DNA of 64,000 bases from NCBI RefSeq assembly GCF_030028105.1, contig NC_092389.1, positions 7,675,180-7,739,179 of the forward strand. The letters are read 5' to 3'. A program made the position numbers and the translations under genes. The notes below the pieces were generated by a model, which saw only the letters and a program-made list of their open reading frames with translations, was not told the origin of the DNA and ran no database searches. The DNA comes from Mobula birostris. Its lineage: Eukaryota. Within the stretch, counting starts at the first letter, position 1, and each line of letters opens with the position of its first letter. This document shows, one piece after another, positions 39,200 through 50,362 of this stretch.

Positions 39200-39375
39200 T
39201 TAGGCCACCAGGAGGCTCCCATAGAGGGGGAGTACTGTCACAGTCCGGTCTGTCGATTCCTTATTCTGGGTTTTCCTGTTTTCCCTTGTTCCATTGGGTG
39301 GTTTAATTGAGGCATCTGATTCTTGTTTTGGGCTGGCACACAAATACCTCTCAAACCAAGGATTCCCTGCTGGAC

Positions 39376-40810
39376 GCCCTACAGGTAGAAATGGGAATAA
39401 TGCCTTTGGAACTAAGAAGGATGCAACTGATGGCAAACTACTGGGCTAACTTGCAGGGGCACAATGATTCTCACCCTACTAAAGGAGTGTTGCAGGAGTG
39501 CTGGGAAAATGGGAGATTTCAGAGGCATACCCTTAGTCGGGTAGGGAGTGATATGCGAAAGAATGTGGAGTATTTGATCTGAGGATAATTCCTTCAGTAG
39601 TTTATCTGGTTGTAGCTCCATGGAAGCTTGTATGGCCTGACATAGACTGGCATTTGTTAGAGGTAAAAAGGAAAGAAAGATATAAAACAGATTTGGTAAA
39701 TGCATTTAACTGTCATGTGATGGAAAAGTATAGTGATTATACTCACGTTTATACGGATGGTGCGAAGGAACCTGAAACAGGAGTGACAGGGTTTGGGGTG
39801 GTTATACCAGCAAAAGAAATTGAAATCAGCAGAAGAACATCTAATAAGTTAGGGGTGTTTACAGTGGAGATGCTGGCAGTGTTGGTTGCGTTGCAATGGG
39901 TGCAGAAAGCCAGACAAGCCAAAGTATTGATATGTTCAGATTCATCCTCAGTTCTAGCAAGTTTAAGGTCTTTTCACACAAACAGTCGGCAAGATGTACT
40001 TTATGAAGTCCTTCAGTTAGTTACAAGAATTGCAAATCAGGGAGGTCAGGTAAAATTTCTATGGGTTCCAGCACATGTAGGAGTGAAGGGGAATGAGAGG
40101 GTGGATGAGTTGGCAAAGAGGGTGTTAAAGAAAGAAAATGTGGAAATGCACATTAGTATCAGTAAAGCAGAGGTTAAGTGTGTAATCTGGGAAAAAGTCA
40201 ACCGAATGTGGCAAGAAAGATGGGACAGGGAGGGGAAAGGGAGGCACTTATATCAAATACAAAAGAGTGTTGCAGTTACTAGGGTAGGTAATGGAAACAG
40301 AAGAGAGGAAATTGTGTGGACTAGGTTAAGGCTGGGGCATTGTGCATTAAACAAAACATTGAAAATGATAGGGAAACACCAGACAGGATTGTGTGAGGAA
40401 TGTCAGGAAGAGGAGTCAGTAGAACATGTAGTTTTGTGTTGCAGGAAGTATGGGATACAGAGAGAGATGATGAGAAATAAATTAAGGGAGTTGGGGATGC
40501 AGGAATTCACATTAAAAGAGTTGCTGGGCATGGGTGAGAGAGCACAAGTCCGGGTATTTTTAGCGTTTTTAAGGGGTACAGGGGTTTTTTATAGAATATG
40601 ACGAATAAACAGGAATAGGATACTAGGATGGTCAAAGATGGGAGGGTGAAGTGTAGGGGTGTGTGTGTGTGTGTGTGCGCGCGCACGCACGCGTGCGCGA
40701 TTGGGTGAAGGGATTTAGAATGTATGTCTAGTGCACACTATGGAGCAGAGGGTGGCGGTAATGCACCATTAAGCTGGATTCCAACCGCCGTAAAACAAGA
40801 TACAGAGAGA
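39376..40810 (+). mobile_element. Nimb/I-clade LINE, 5'-truncated, encoding RNase H and a zinc knuckle
   Basis: Open frame 39552-40601 has YTDGAK, VEMLAV, ICSDS and WVPAHVGVKGNERVDELAK (RNase H) and CEEC-x7-H-x3-C. The 3'UTR has ggtggcggtaatgcacc...ccaaccgcc and an (AG)n tail. 15-bp TSD gattccctgctggac at 39361-39375 and 40811-40825. Confidence 0.85.
40659..40698. repeat. (GT)n/(GC)n alternating purine-pyrimidine tract
   Basis: gtgtgtgtgtgtgtgtgtgcgcgcgcacgcacgcgtgcgcg inside the Nimb 3'UTR. Confidence 0.9.
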
Positions 40811-42699
40811 GATTCCCTGCTGGACTGTTCCCTTCCCCTTCTGCCTGAAGCATTGCCTGCATCCCTGTCAAGTTCAACTGCTGGAGTGACACTGGAGCCT
40901 TGCCATGCCAAGATAAGGAACTATCTATTGTTGAGTTTAGAACTGTCTCTTTGTGCCCCTGTGCTTTAGTGTCTGTGTCAAAGAAGAGTCCTGGCCCTAG
41001 GTCCTGTTCCCAAGGAGGGGTCCTGACTCTGTGCAAAGCCTTGGCCCCAGGTCTTGTTCCCAAGGAGGGGTCACAATATCACAAGACAAAGGAGCAGAAG
41101 TAGGTCATTTGGCCCATCAAGTCTGCTCCACCACTCCACCATGAGCTAAACTATTCTCCCATCTAGTTCCAATTTCCGGCTTTTTCCCCATATCCCTTGA
41201 TACCTTGACTAATTAGATGTGTCCCTTGGGTCCCAGCTCTGTTCTGTGTTCCAGGTGCTGTGTTCCAGTCCTGTCCAAGTCAAGGCTTCATGTTCTCGTC
41301 CAGTCCGGGAGTCCCTTGTCCAGTCCTGTAGCCTAGCCACGTCCAGTCCTGTAGCCAAGTCTTGTCCTCGCCTAGATCCGGGGTCCGAGCCTGAGTCAAG
41401 ACCCAGGTTCCGGGTCCCTGTCCAGTCTCTGGCTTGGAGTCATAGCTCAGGCTCCTAGTTCCAGTTCCTTGTCCTGGTCCTGCTTTCCTAGTCTTAGTTG
41501 TAGCCCAGGCCCAGTGTCCTTGTCTCGTCCAGGGCCTGTGTCAATGTCCAGCGTCGTTTCTTCCTTGCTCACCTTGCTATCTCGATAAACCTAGTCCTGT
41601 TCCTAGTACTTCATTGTCTGTGTCTTGCATTTGGGTCTGCTCTCAACGCCTTCCTCACCACTGACTCAACCTGCAAGCTAACCTTCAGGGTGTTCTGCAC
41701 AATGACTCCCAAGTCCCTCTGCATCTCAGATTCCTGGACTTACTCCCCGTTTAGAAAATAGTCTGCACAGTTATTTCTACTACCAAAGTGCATGACCATG
41801 CATTTTCCAACATTGTATTTCATTTGCCACTTTCATGCCTATTCTCCTAATCTAAGTCCTTCTGCATCCTACCTGCCCCTCCACCAATCTTCGTATCATC
41901 TGCAAACTTGGCAACAAAGCCATCTATTCCATCATCTAAATCATTTATATACAACATAAAAAGTAGCGGTCCTAACACCGACCCCTGCAGAACACCACTA
42001 GTCACTGGAGATGGCTAATTTACTAACCTTCACTAATCCAGCACCCAGAGGAAACCCATGGTCAAGGGAAGAATGAACAAGCTCTTTGCAGACAGTGGCG
42101 GGAATAGAACCTCAATTGCTGATGCTATAAAGTGGTATGCTAACCACTGCACTACTGTTGTGTCCATACTGGGGCTCCTTGGGTTACAGATGACCTTCTG
42201 AAGGAAATCTGACAGAAAAATTCTTCCATAGCATTTATCAATAATAATAAAATGTTATAATAATAACATATTTATTGTGTTCATTAATGACTGAGTACAG
42301 TATATATTGCATTAGTTTAATTATGAGTGGTCTTCAGGTGATTATTCAATGAAATAAAGGAATTATAGCAGATCTATGTCAAGTGATGTGATCAGGATTA
42401 CTGTAGAAAACTAATGCTTCTGACTTATGGAAAAATCAATTAATAGACAGTTCTCAGGAACGGAACCATTATGTAATCTAGGGACTACCTGTATTTTCTC
42501 AGTGTCCTTAAGGCTAGCAAGTAATGTAACCTGATCATTTCATTTGCAAAAGAACTTGCATTCCTTCTTACACATCTAGTTCCTCTGGTTCTAACGGACC
42601 CGCTGCAGAGAATGGGGTGATTGTTCATGTCTCCAAAGATATTCTCATCGTCCCTTGGCCCAGAATATTATGCAAGGTTTGCACACTAAAATAAAGGTC

Positions 42700-44300
42700 T
42701 GTGATCTTTTACTCTTCATTATTGCTCAGCCATCTTCAATTCACTGCTTGCCATTTCCCAGACATCCTGCTCATCCTGTTGAGGTGCTCTGCATGTCCTG
42801 ACCTACCACCTCATGAGCCTCTGCATTCAACACATCATTCACTGCAAATTCCGTCCTCTTCAACAGGAACCTACCACCAAACACATCCCCTCCACTCTCT
42901 GTTTTATGAAGGGATTGCTCTCTTCATGATTCCATTGTCCATTCATCCCTCCCCACTAATCTTTCTCCTGGTACCTATCTCTGAAAGCACAGAAATGCTA
43001 CACCTGCCCATTCACCTCCTCCCTCACCTCAATTCAGGGCCCCAAACAGTACTTCAGATGAGGGAACACTTCACCTGTGAATCTGCTGGCATCATCTATT
43101 GTATCTGCTGATCCTGATGCAGCCTTCGTTATATATATATATAGTGCCTAAGACTTTAGCACAGTACTGTATGTGGTGATTTTATGTATTGCACTCTACT
43201 GCTGCCGCAAAACAAAAACAACAGGTTTCATAATATATGTGAGTGATGATAAACCTAATTCTGATATGGGTCTCTATTGTGGACTGTGTGTGGGAGGGGG
43301 GACATGGTTGGGAAAAGGGGAAGGGAGAGGGGAGGGAACGGGAAGCAACATTCTGGAATGACCAATAAGTCAATTGTTTGGAATCAAATGACCTTGGCTG
43401 GCATCTCAGGGCTGAGTGTGTTGACACCCACGCCACCCCCGACCCTAGCACTCTTTCTCTGCCACCTGTCTCACACAACCTTCCCTCGGTGCTCCACCCT
43501 CGCCATTCTCAATATCCTTTGTTCCCATCAGATTTACAGACTCCCTCTCCACTCCATGCTGACAAATACAGTACTGGGCAAAAGCCTCAGGAACCCTAGC
43601 TATATGTATACATGCCTGAGACTTTTGCACAGTACGATACATTGGTGAGACCAAATATAGGTTTGGAGGACTGCTTCGTCGAGCACCTCCGCTCCATCCC
43701 TAAAAAGCGGAATCTCCCGGTCGCCAACCATTTTACCTTCTATCCCCATTCCCCTTCTGACATGACAGTCCATGCTACTTCTGCTACAATGAGGCCATCC
43801 TCAGAGTGGAGGAACAACATCTATATTTCGTCTGGGAAGCCCCCAGCATGATGGCAGGAACGTCGATTTCTCCTTCCAGTCATTTTTTTTCTCTCTCCCT
43901 TCCCTCTTCTTCTATTCCACACCCTCGCCTCTTACCTCTTCTCCTCACCTGCCTATCACATCCCCTCAGTGCCCTTCCTCCTTCCCTTTCTCCTATGGTC
44001 CACCCTCCTCTCCTAATAGATCCCTTCATCTCTAGCCCTTTACCTTTCCCACCCATCTGGCTTCACATCACTTTCTAGCTATCCCCTCGCCATTTTATTC
44101 TGGTGCCTTTCCCGTCCCTTTCTAGACCTGAAGAAAGCTGCCTGAAACATCGACTGTTTATTCATTTCCATAGATGCTGCCTGAAACATCATTTGTTTAT
44201 TCATTTCCATAGATGCTGCCTGACCTGCTGAGTTCCTGCAGCAATGTGTGTCTGTGCTGCTCTGGATTTCCAGCATCTGAAGAATCTCTCGTGTTTATTA
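42700..44300 (+). mobile_element. Penelope-like element 3' portion (GIY-YIG remnant plus pLTR) split by a Tc1-type MITE at 43131-43637
   Basis: HFTCESAGIIYCIC before the MITE and IGET...FVEHLRSI...LPVANHF...EEQHL after it, then a pLTR with a ~45-bp tandem duplication near 44135-44220. Confidence 0.8.
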
Positions 44301-45499
44301 CTTGCGTTTCTGTCACTCTGTAAACAGGCTGGTGATGATGTCCGGCAAACAAACAGCCTGTCCTTTCAGAACCTCACAAAGTTGCCTGCAGTGACCACTT
44401 GGCCATGATCAGTAGCTCAGGGACACTCATCTAACATTCCTTAACAGTCTTTTGAGCTTACAGATGACTGACAAGTACTGTGCACATTCTCTTGGGTTTA
44501 TCTCCATGTTCCTGGCACACAAAGAATTGCTAAGTGTCAATGATTTGATTTCTGGCTGAGTGGTATTGCAGCTAATACATTCTCCAGGGTCAGAAGGCAC
44601 CATACTCTGCCTTTGTCACCAACCAGATACAGTACAGCAACTGCTCTATTTTATCCAACACAGCCAGTTTAATGTGTAGTGTGGCACTTGTACCCACTCT
44701 TCCCCATTATCTACACGAGTTGCTTGTCTAAGAATTCAGCAGCCATTCCCTTGTGTGCTATCGCAATTGAATCATGCAGTCACGGTCTCTTCGCACACAC
44801 CCACAAGTTACCTCACTGGGAGAGGTCATACCTGGTATATAGTGCCCCATTTCAAATTTGGACTCCATATTTCTTAGCTTCATTAACTATGACTTCTGTC
44901 ACCATGTGTCAGTATTTCTCTCCAAGGATGGCCAGTAACAACCTAACAAACGGGTATTCTATCTGTAAAAGAACTACGTGAAACAGCAGAATCGCCTTAT
45001 CTACAGAGACAATGCACTTCTGCAAACTTCCACAGAGGCGGGCAGCCTCTGCCATTGAAACAATGTAATTGTAACAGAGATCAGTTGGTCTCAATCATCC
45101 AGCTCAGAACCAGGCCCTTCAGCCCACAATGGCTATGCTAGCCATTGTACAGTATACTCGTCCCATTTACGTACCTGCATTTAGTCTGTCGCCTTCTCTG
45201 CCTTGGCACTTCAAGTGCTTGGTTGATGCTTCTGAAATGTCGGGAGTACCTGCCTCCTGGAGCAGCTACCAGCCAACACCCCAGACCTTCCAAGCATTTT
45301 TCATCCTGCAGCAATCCCTCTGCGTTGTTGTCAGGGGCCAAAAACTAAAAACACTGTCTTGCCTCTGCCTCCATCCACCATCTAGTCCAACACATCAGTG
45401 TCTTTCACACATTCCCTCCCCTAAATGCTGTGATTAATTGCCACTTTCTGCACTTTGGTAAAGCTTTCTGACAAGGCATGCTTACCAAATTACACTTGC

Positions 45500-47300
45500 A
45501 ATAGCAAATGCAACGGGGCAGCGAACGGGTACATGGTCAACTAGCCCTTAATCTTTAGGGAAACGCGCCTCTGTACATATTCACGGTGTCTGACTAAACT
45601 GCTCTTAGAGAAGCGGTTTGCATCTCAATATGTGCACACGCCCTGCGTACAAAGCTCTACCGCAGTACTCACACGGCTATTTCCTAGAGCAGAGATAACG
45701 GTTAGGCACTCTATCATCCTAGTGCGCACCCTAATTTCTAAACGAAAAAGGTGGTTTATACATTTCGCTGCAATGGCTCTTGATTTTAAAAATAGCTCCT
45801 GACTTGAGAGGGAGAGAGGGAATCAACATCTTCTTAAGCCTATGACATGGGTGAACAGAGTAACCCGAGTAACTCCAGATTGGACAAACTTCAAAGGAGT
45901 CACATTGCTCAGAACCCTCACACCTCCAGCAGAGCCGCGTCCCACAGCACATCAAGTTGCGAAAAAGTTCAGAAAGTTTTAGAACTTTAATAATCAATTA
46001 AAATCTCTCTCCCCTCCCCCCATCTCTTTGATGTGTTAGAAGTCAATATATTCCAATGAGTTAGGCAGAGTGTGTTTCTAATTTTTTTTCTTGTTAAGGT
46101 TTATATCAAGCTGCTGGCATGAGGGTTGTTGTTTTGCCGGGCCCCTCTGGGCGATGACGAAAGCAGTTTTGTGACTGCAATGCAGAATTGCAAAGGAAGG
46201 ATCCTGGAGTTGGCTGGTCCGGGCTCCCGGCTCAGTCCCGCAGTGTGCGCGGAGACTGGGGCAGTACAGACAGAACCTGCCGGCGGGGGAGCAAGGGAAG
46301 GAAGGGTAAGGAGCGAGAGGCAGCAAGCAAGAGTCCTCACTACTGTGCCCTGCTCAGTCAACCAATAACTGAAGATCCGCAGCTCCTCCTGGGCACCTTG
46401 TTTGCCGGCTCTGGATCTGGCTAAGTCATCTTCCTACGTCTGTGGGCGCTGAGAGAAACGCGCATCTCCCCAGAACCCTCAGCACCTCAACCCTCCCCAG
46501 TCCACTCACACAGCCAGTGATCTCAACTGCAGGCATCGAACTCCGTCCTCGGAATGGCCGCTGGCGATGCGCCCTTGAGCTTGCTCGGAGCCGAATCAGT
46601 AAAAACCTCCTTGAGTAGATTTTCGCTGGTAATTCTGCTGGGTAAGGAAGGAAACCAATATTTTCGCGAATTCCGCTGAGAGATCCATATACAACCTGCG
46701 TTCCCTGAGAATATTTCACATCTTAATGTTTAATAAGATTATTTGGCAGGGATGTTAAAACTATGTCTAATGTTGTTCGATTTCCCAATTATTGATTTTT
46801 TGTTTGTTTGTTTTGCTTTGTGGGTGTGAGCTTTGCTCGGTGTTCAGTGAGAAAATCTCACGAATTGATGAACTCAAATATCAGTAACTTTTACAAAAGT
46901 TCTAATTGGGACCGGATACCGGGGCCAGTCGCCGTGTTGCGTTTGCAGGAGCTAACTGCTTAAATCAGAATAGAGCCAAGGTGTCAGGACCGCGTCCTGC
47001 ACCACTTCCAAAAATAAAGCAAGATTAGCTCGGCATGCGGTGATTCGGCCTTCGTCTATCCCCACCCTTGACTTCGGGCTGAGCAGAACCCAACCAGGAT
47101 CTTTTTTTTTATTGCGTTTAGATAGAACTTTCAAGAGAAACGAGAAATCGGGAGTTAAAATAATCCGGGATAGGGGAAGGGGTGAGATTTGAGAAAAGCA
47201 TGATAACCAGACCGGGATCGGACCAGGACTTTTTACAGAGTGGTGGGTGACTGCTTCGGGATATGGTGGAAGCAGATATAGCAAAGCTCGAGGGGCGTTT
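45500..47300 (+). promoter_or_regulatory. CpG-rich promoter/first-exon region of the downstream gene
   Basis: Marked CpG retention relative to flanks and little repeat content. CCAAT near 46362; no ATG between there and the strong-Kozak ATG at 46554; MEF2-like ttaaaaatag at 45786-45795. Confidence 0.7.
46554..46641 (+). CDS. SCN4B: First coding exon (signal peptide) of sodium channel beta-4 subunit
   Basis: cggaATGG Kozak; MAAGDAPLSLLGAESVKTSLSRFSLVILLG; 88 nt ending in phase 1 at G|gtaagg. Human SCN4B exon 1 also ends LLG in phase 1, and SCN4B follows SCN2B on the same strand in vertebrate synteny. Exon 2 was not found in the window. Confidence 0.72.
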
Positions 47301-48419
47301 AGAAAGATACACAGAGTGGCAGAGACTGTGTACAAGCTTGCGTGCAGTTTAAATTGACCTCATGGTGGGCACTTACACTATGGGCCAAAGTGTTCGTTCC
47401 TGTGTGGTACTGTTCTATGTTCTATGACTGAGGTGAACTCAGGAAACGCACTGGGTGTGGAAGAACGTTTTCCAACTCCTGATTGTTCCCATTTGGTTAA
47501 AAATAATTTTTAGGAAATCCTGAATTTTCCTTCACTGTTCTGGTGAGAGTTCCTTGCACATTTGCATTTAATTTCCACGCACCCACTGCTATTTGGAAGA
47601 GGACGCATCCCTTGCTTTTTCATCAACTTGGTAAAAAAAGGATAAAGAAGATCAATTAGTTTTATAATGAAAGAAATGGATTTCAGGGAAAGGTGGTGAG
47701 TGCCATCTGCAGGAGTACGCCACTTCCCGCACGCTCATTTGCCCTGTGGTATATTAAGGTCTTTGATAATTTGCTTATTTTTTTGGTTGGTTTATTATTG
47801 CCTATGGTGATGCTTTTAGACATCTAAGACTTGAGAACTGAGGTGACTGACATTCAACCTAAGTCCTACGGGCTTGAGTAAATCAGTTCCTGCTCATCTT
47901 CAGCCCAACATCTCCATAGGATTCATAACTATTTTGTCTGTATTCAAATCCTTCCTAGGCCACTCCCTCCAAACCTCCAATCTAGATGAAGGGTCTTGAC
48001 CTGAAACATTGTCCACTTCCTTCCACAGAAGCTGCCAGTTAAGTAGAAGGTTATGGTAAAGTGATAGATAGGATTATAAGACATAGGATCAAAATTAGGC
48101 CATTCTGTCCATCGAAGCAGTCCAGCATTCCATCATGGCTGATTTATTATCCTGCTAATTCCCATTCTCCCCGTAACCTTTGATGCTCTGACTAATCAAG
48201 AACCTATCAACCTCTGCTTTAAGGATGTTCAGGGACTTGACCTTCCACAGCTGTCTGTGGCAATGAATTCCACAGACACACCACCCTCTGGCAAAAGACA
48301 TTTCCCCCTCATCTCTGTTCTAAAGGGACGTCCTTCTATTCTAAGGCTTTGTACTGTGGTCCTAGACTCCCCCAATTGTTATGCTATGCATGGACATTAG
48401 CGAGTTTATTTTTGTCCTA

Positions 48420-48785
48420 TATGCTAACATGTGTAGTCTTTGTGTCTCCATTTCCCCCTCCAAATCTCTATAATCTTCCATATCCCTGCAAGCCTGTAAT
48501 CCTCTGACTTCCATGTTCATCCAAGCCTGCCACCTTGAACATCTCTCATTTTGATTACCAAACCATTGGTGACCATGCACCCAGTTCTACATCCTGAATA
48601 CAGGAATTCCTTCTCTCGTTGACTTTCCTCTCTATCCTCCTTCAGGATGCTTCTCAAAAAAAAACTTACATTTGTGACCATACATGGCTTGCCATCAAAT
48701 TTTGTCTGACAATGCCCCAGTGAAAATGCCTTAGGAAGTGTTTCCAAAGAAAGCCATTAAATAAATGTAATTTCTTATTGTTAGT
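48420..48785 (+). mobile_element. L2 LINE 3' end
   Basis: Degraded L2 terminus (tcaaattttgtctgacaatgccccagtgaaaatgccttagg...taaataaatgtaatttcttattgtt), of the type shared with Deu-SINE tails. Confidence 0.55.
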
Positions 48786-48974
48786 ATTGATTGATCTTTG
48801 AGGACCAATAGTTTTGGAAAATGCCTTTGGTTTAGTGTCCAATAAATCCTAAATTGGGGATCATGATAAGTCAACACCAACAACATGCACATTTTTGTGA
48901 TTATAAGGAAGAGAGATTTTCACTGGTTGTGCTATTCAGTGATTCAAGTGCCATTGCTTAAATGTTAGAGTTAT

Positions 48975-49740
48975 AGAGACACAGGACCTTTGACCCATCT
49001 AGTTTGTACCAAAACGATCATCCTGCCTAGTTCCATCAACCTGCACCTGGACCATAGCTATCCATGCCATTCCCATCCATGCATTTATCCAAACTTCTCT
49101 TAAATGTTTGAATTGAACCCTCATTCACTGCTTACACTTTTATATTTCACTCTTAACATTTGACCTCTAGTTCTAATCTCACCCAAAGTCAATAAAAAAA
49201 GCCTGCTTGTATTTACCCTACCTATACCCCTCATAATTTTATATAGCTCTATCAAATCACCCCTCATTCTCCTATACTGCAGTGACTTGTGTGTACTTGG
49301 GTACTTGGTGTGTGAGTACAAGGAGGGATTCCATTGAGTAGCTCTTTATTCCCTGGAATGTAGAAGACTGAGAAGTGCACTGACAGAGATGCATAAAATC
49401 ATGGGGGGCATAGATAGGGTGGAGGTATATCGTCATTTTCTTAGGGAAGGGGTGCTAAAAAGAGAGAAGTGAGAGGGCTGCGTACATTTAAGATCCAAGG
49501 TGAGAGATTTAAAAGGGACGCCAGGGGCAGTTTCTTCATGCAAAGGGTGGTGCATATTTGGAATGAGCGGCCAGAAATAGTTGTTGAGCTTGGCAAATTA
49601 GCAATGTTTAAAGGCCACCTAGATAAGTACATGGATAGGAGAGAGTTTGAGGGCTGTGGATCAAATTCAGGCAGGAACAACAGAGGATTTGGACTGAAGG
49701 GTCTGATTCCCTGCTGTCTGACTCTATAACTCTAAAAAAA
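48975..49740. mobile_element. Two CR1 3' fragments back-to-back (- then +)
   Basis: Both encode RMRGDLIE-type ends and carry outward-facing ctctataactcta tails. Confidence 0.75.
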
Positions 49741-49939
49741 CGGGGTCATCTACACCAAGTCTTCCCTAACTTTCTGGACGGGGAGGGTGGAAATGGCTGA
49801 ATATGCTTAATTTCTGCCAGTCTGCAAAAGTACATGCAGTGAAATTAGTGGATTAAATGGGAAAAGAACAAAGAAATAAGGTAAGCATAAAAGGTCGATT
49901 TGCTTTCCACTGTATGAATTAAAACAGAGATGGAAGTAA

Positions 49940-50362
49940 ATGTATATTGCTCCACCCCTCTCACTTCTCTCTTTTTCCATTCCTCATTCTGGCTCCTTTC
50001 ATGTCTCTACTCTTCCCCTCAGCTACCTATCACTTCCCTTTGGTGCTCCTCTACCTTCCTCTTGTCCCATGGTCTTGCTTCCTATCAGATTCCTTCTTCT
50101 TCACCTCTTTACCTTTCCCACCCATCACCTGCCAGCTTCCCACTTCACACCCCCTCCCCACTCACCCACTTACACCCTCACCTGGTCTCACCTATCACCT
50201 GCCGGCTTGTGCTCTGTCCCCTCCCCCCACCTTCTTATTCTGGCTCCTTCCTCCTTTCTTTCCAGTCCTGATGAAGAGTCTCGGTCCAAAATGTCGACCG
50301 CCCATTCCCCTCCCTACATGCTGCCTAACCTGCTGAGCTCCCCCAGCATCTTGTGTGTGTTA
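49940..50362 (+). mobile_element. Penelope pLTR in SCN4B intron 1, degenerate hammerhead core (about 50262-50300)
   Basis: Same family as 30416-30896; the core GAAA is altered. Confidence 0.75.

Larger units (their letters stand above)
39236..41650 (+). mobile_element. 3' LTR of the mini element, preceded by a PPT and interrupted by a Nimb LINE and a CR1-tail fragment (about 41074-41217)
   Basis: Junction agagggggagtac|TGTCA; colinear with LTR1; the last ~12 nt are missing. Confidence 0.8.
36500..42008 (-). mobile_element. CR1 LINE split by the LTR cluster (pieces 36500-37130 and about 41648-42008)
   Basis: The sequence gaaatgaatgctaacat...gccttcctcaccactgactcaacc, contiguous in the CR1 copy at 29230-29280, is here separated by 4.5 kb of LTR sequence. 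Confidence 0.8.

Noticed and set aside
46078-47335. Multiple antisense and upstream ORFs around the CpG island
   Set aside because: Expected from GC richness; none has homology I recognise, and part of 46952-47335 is a CR1 remnant.
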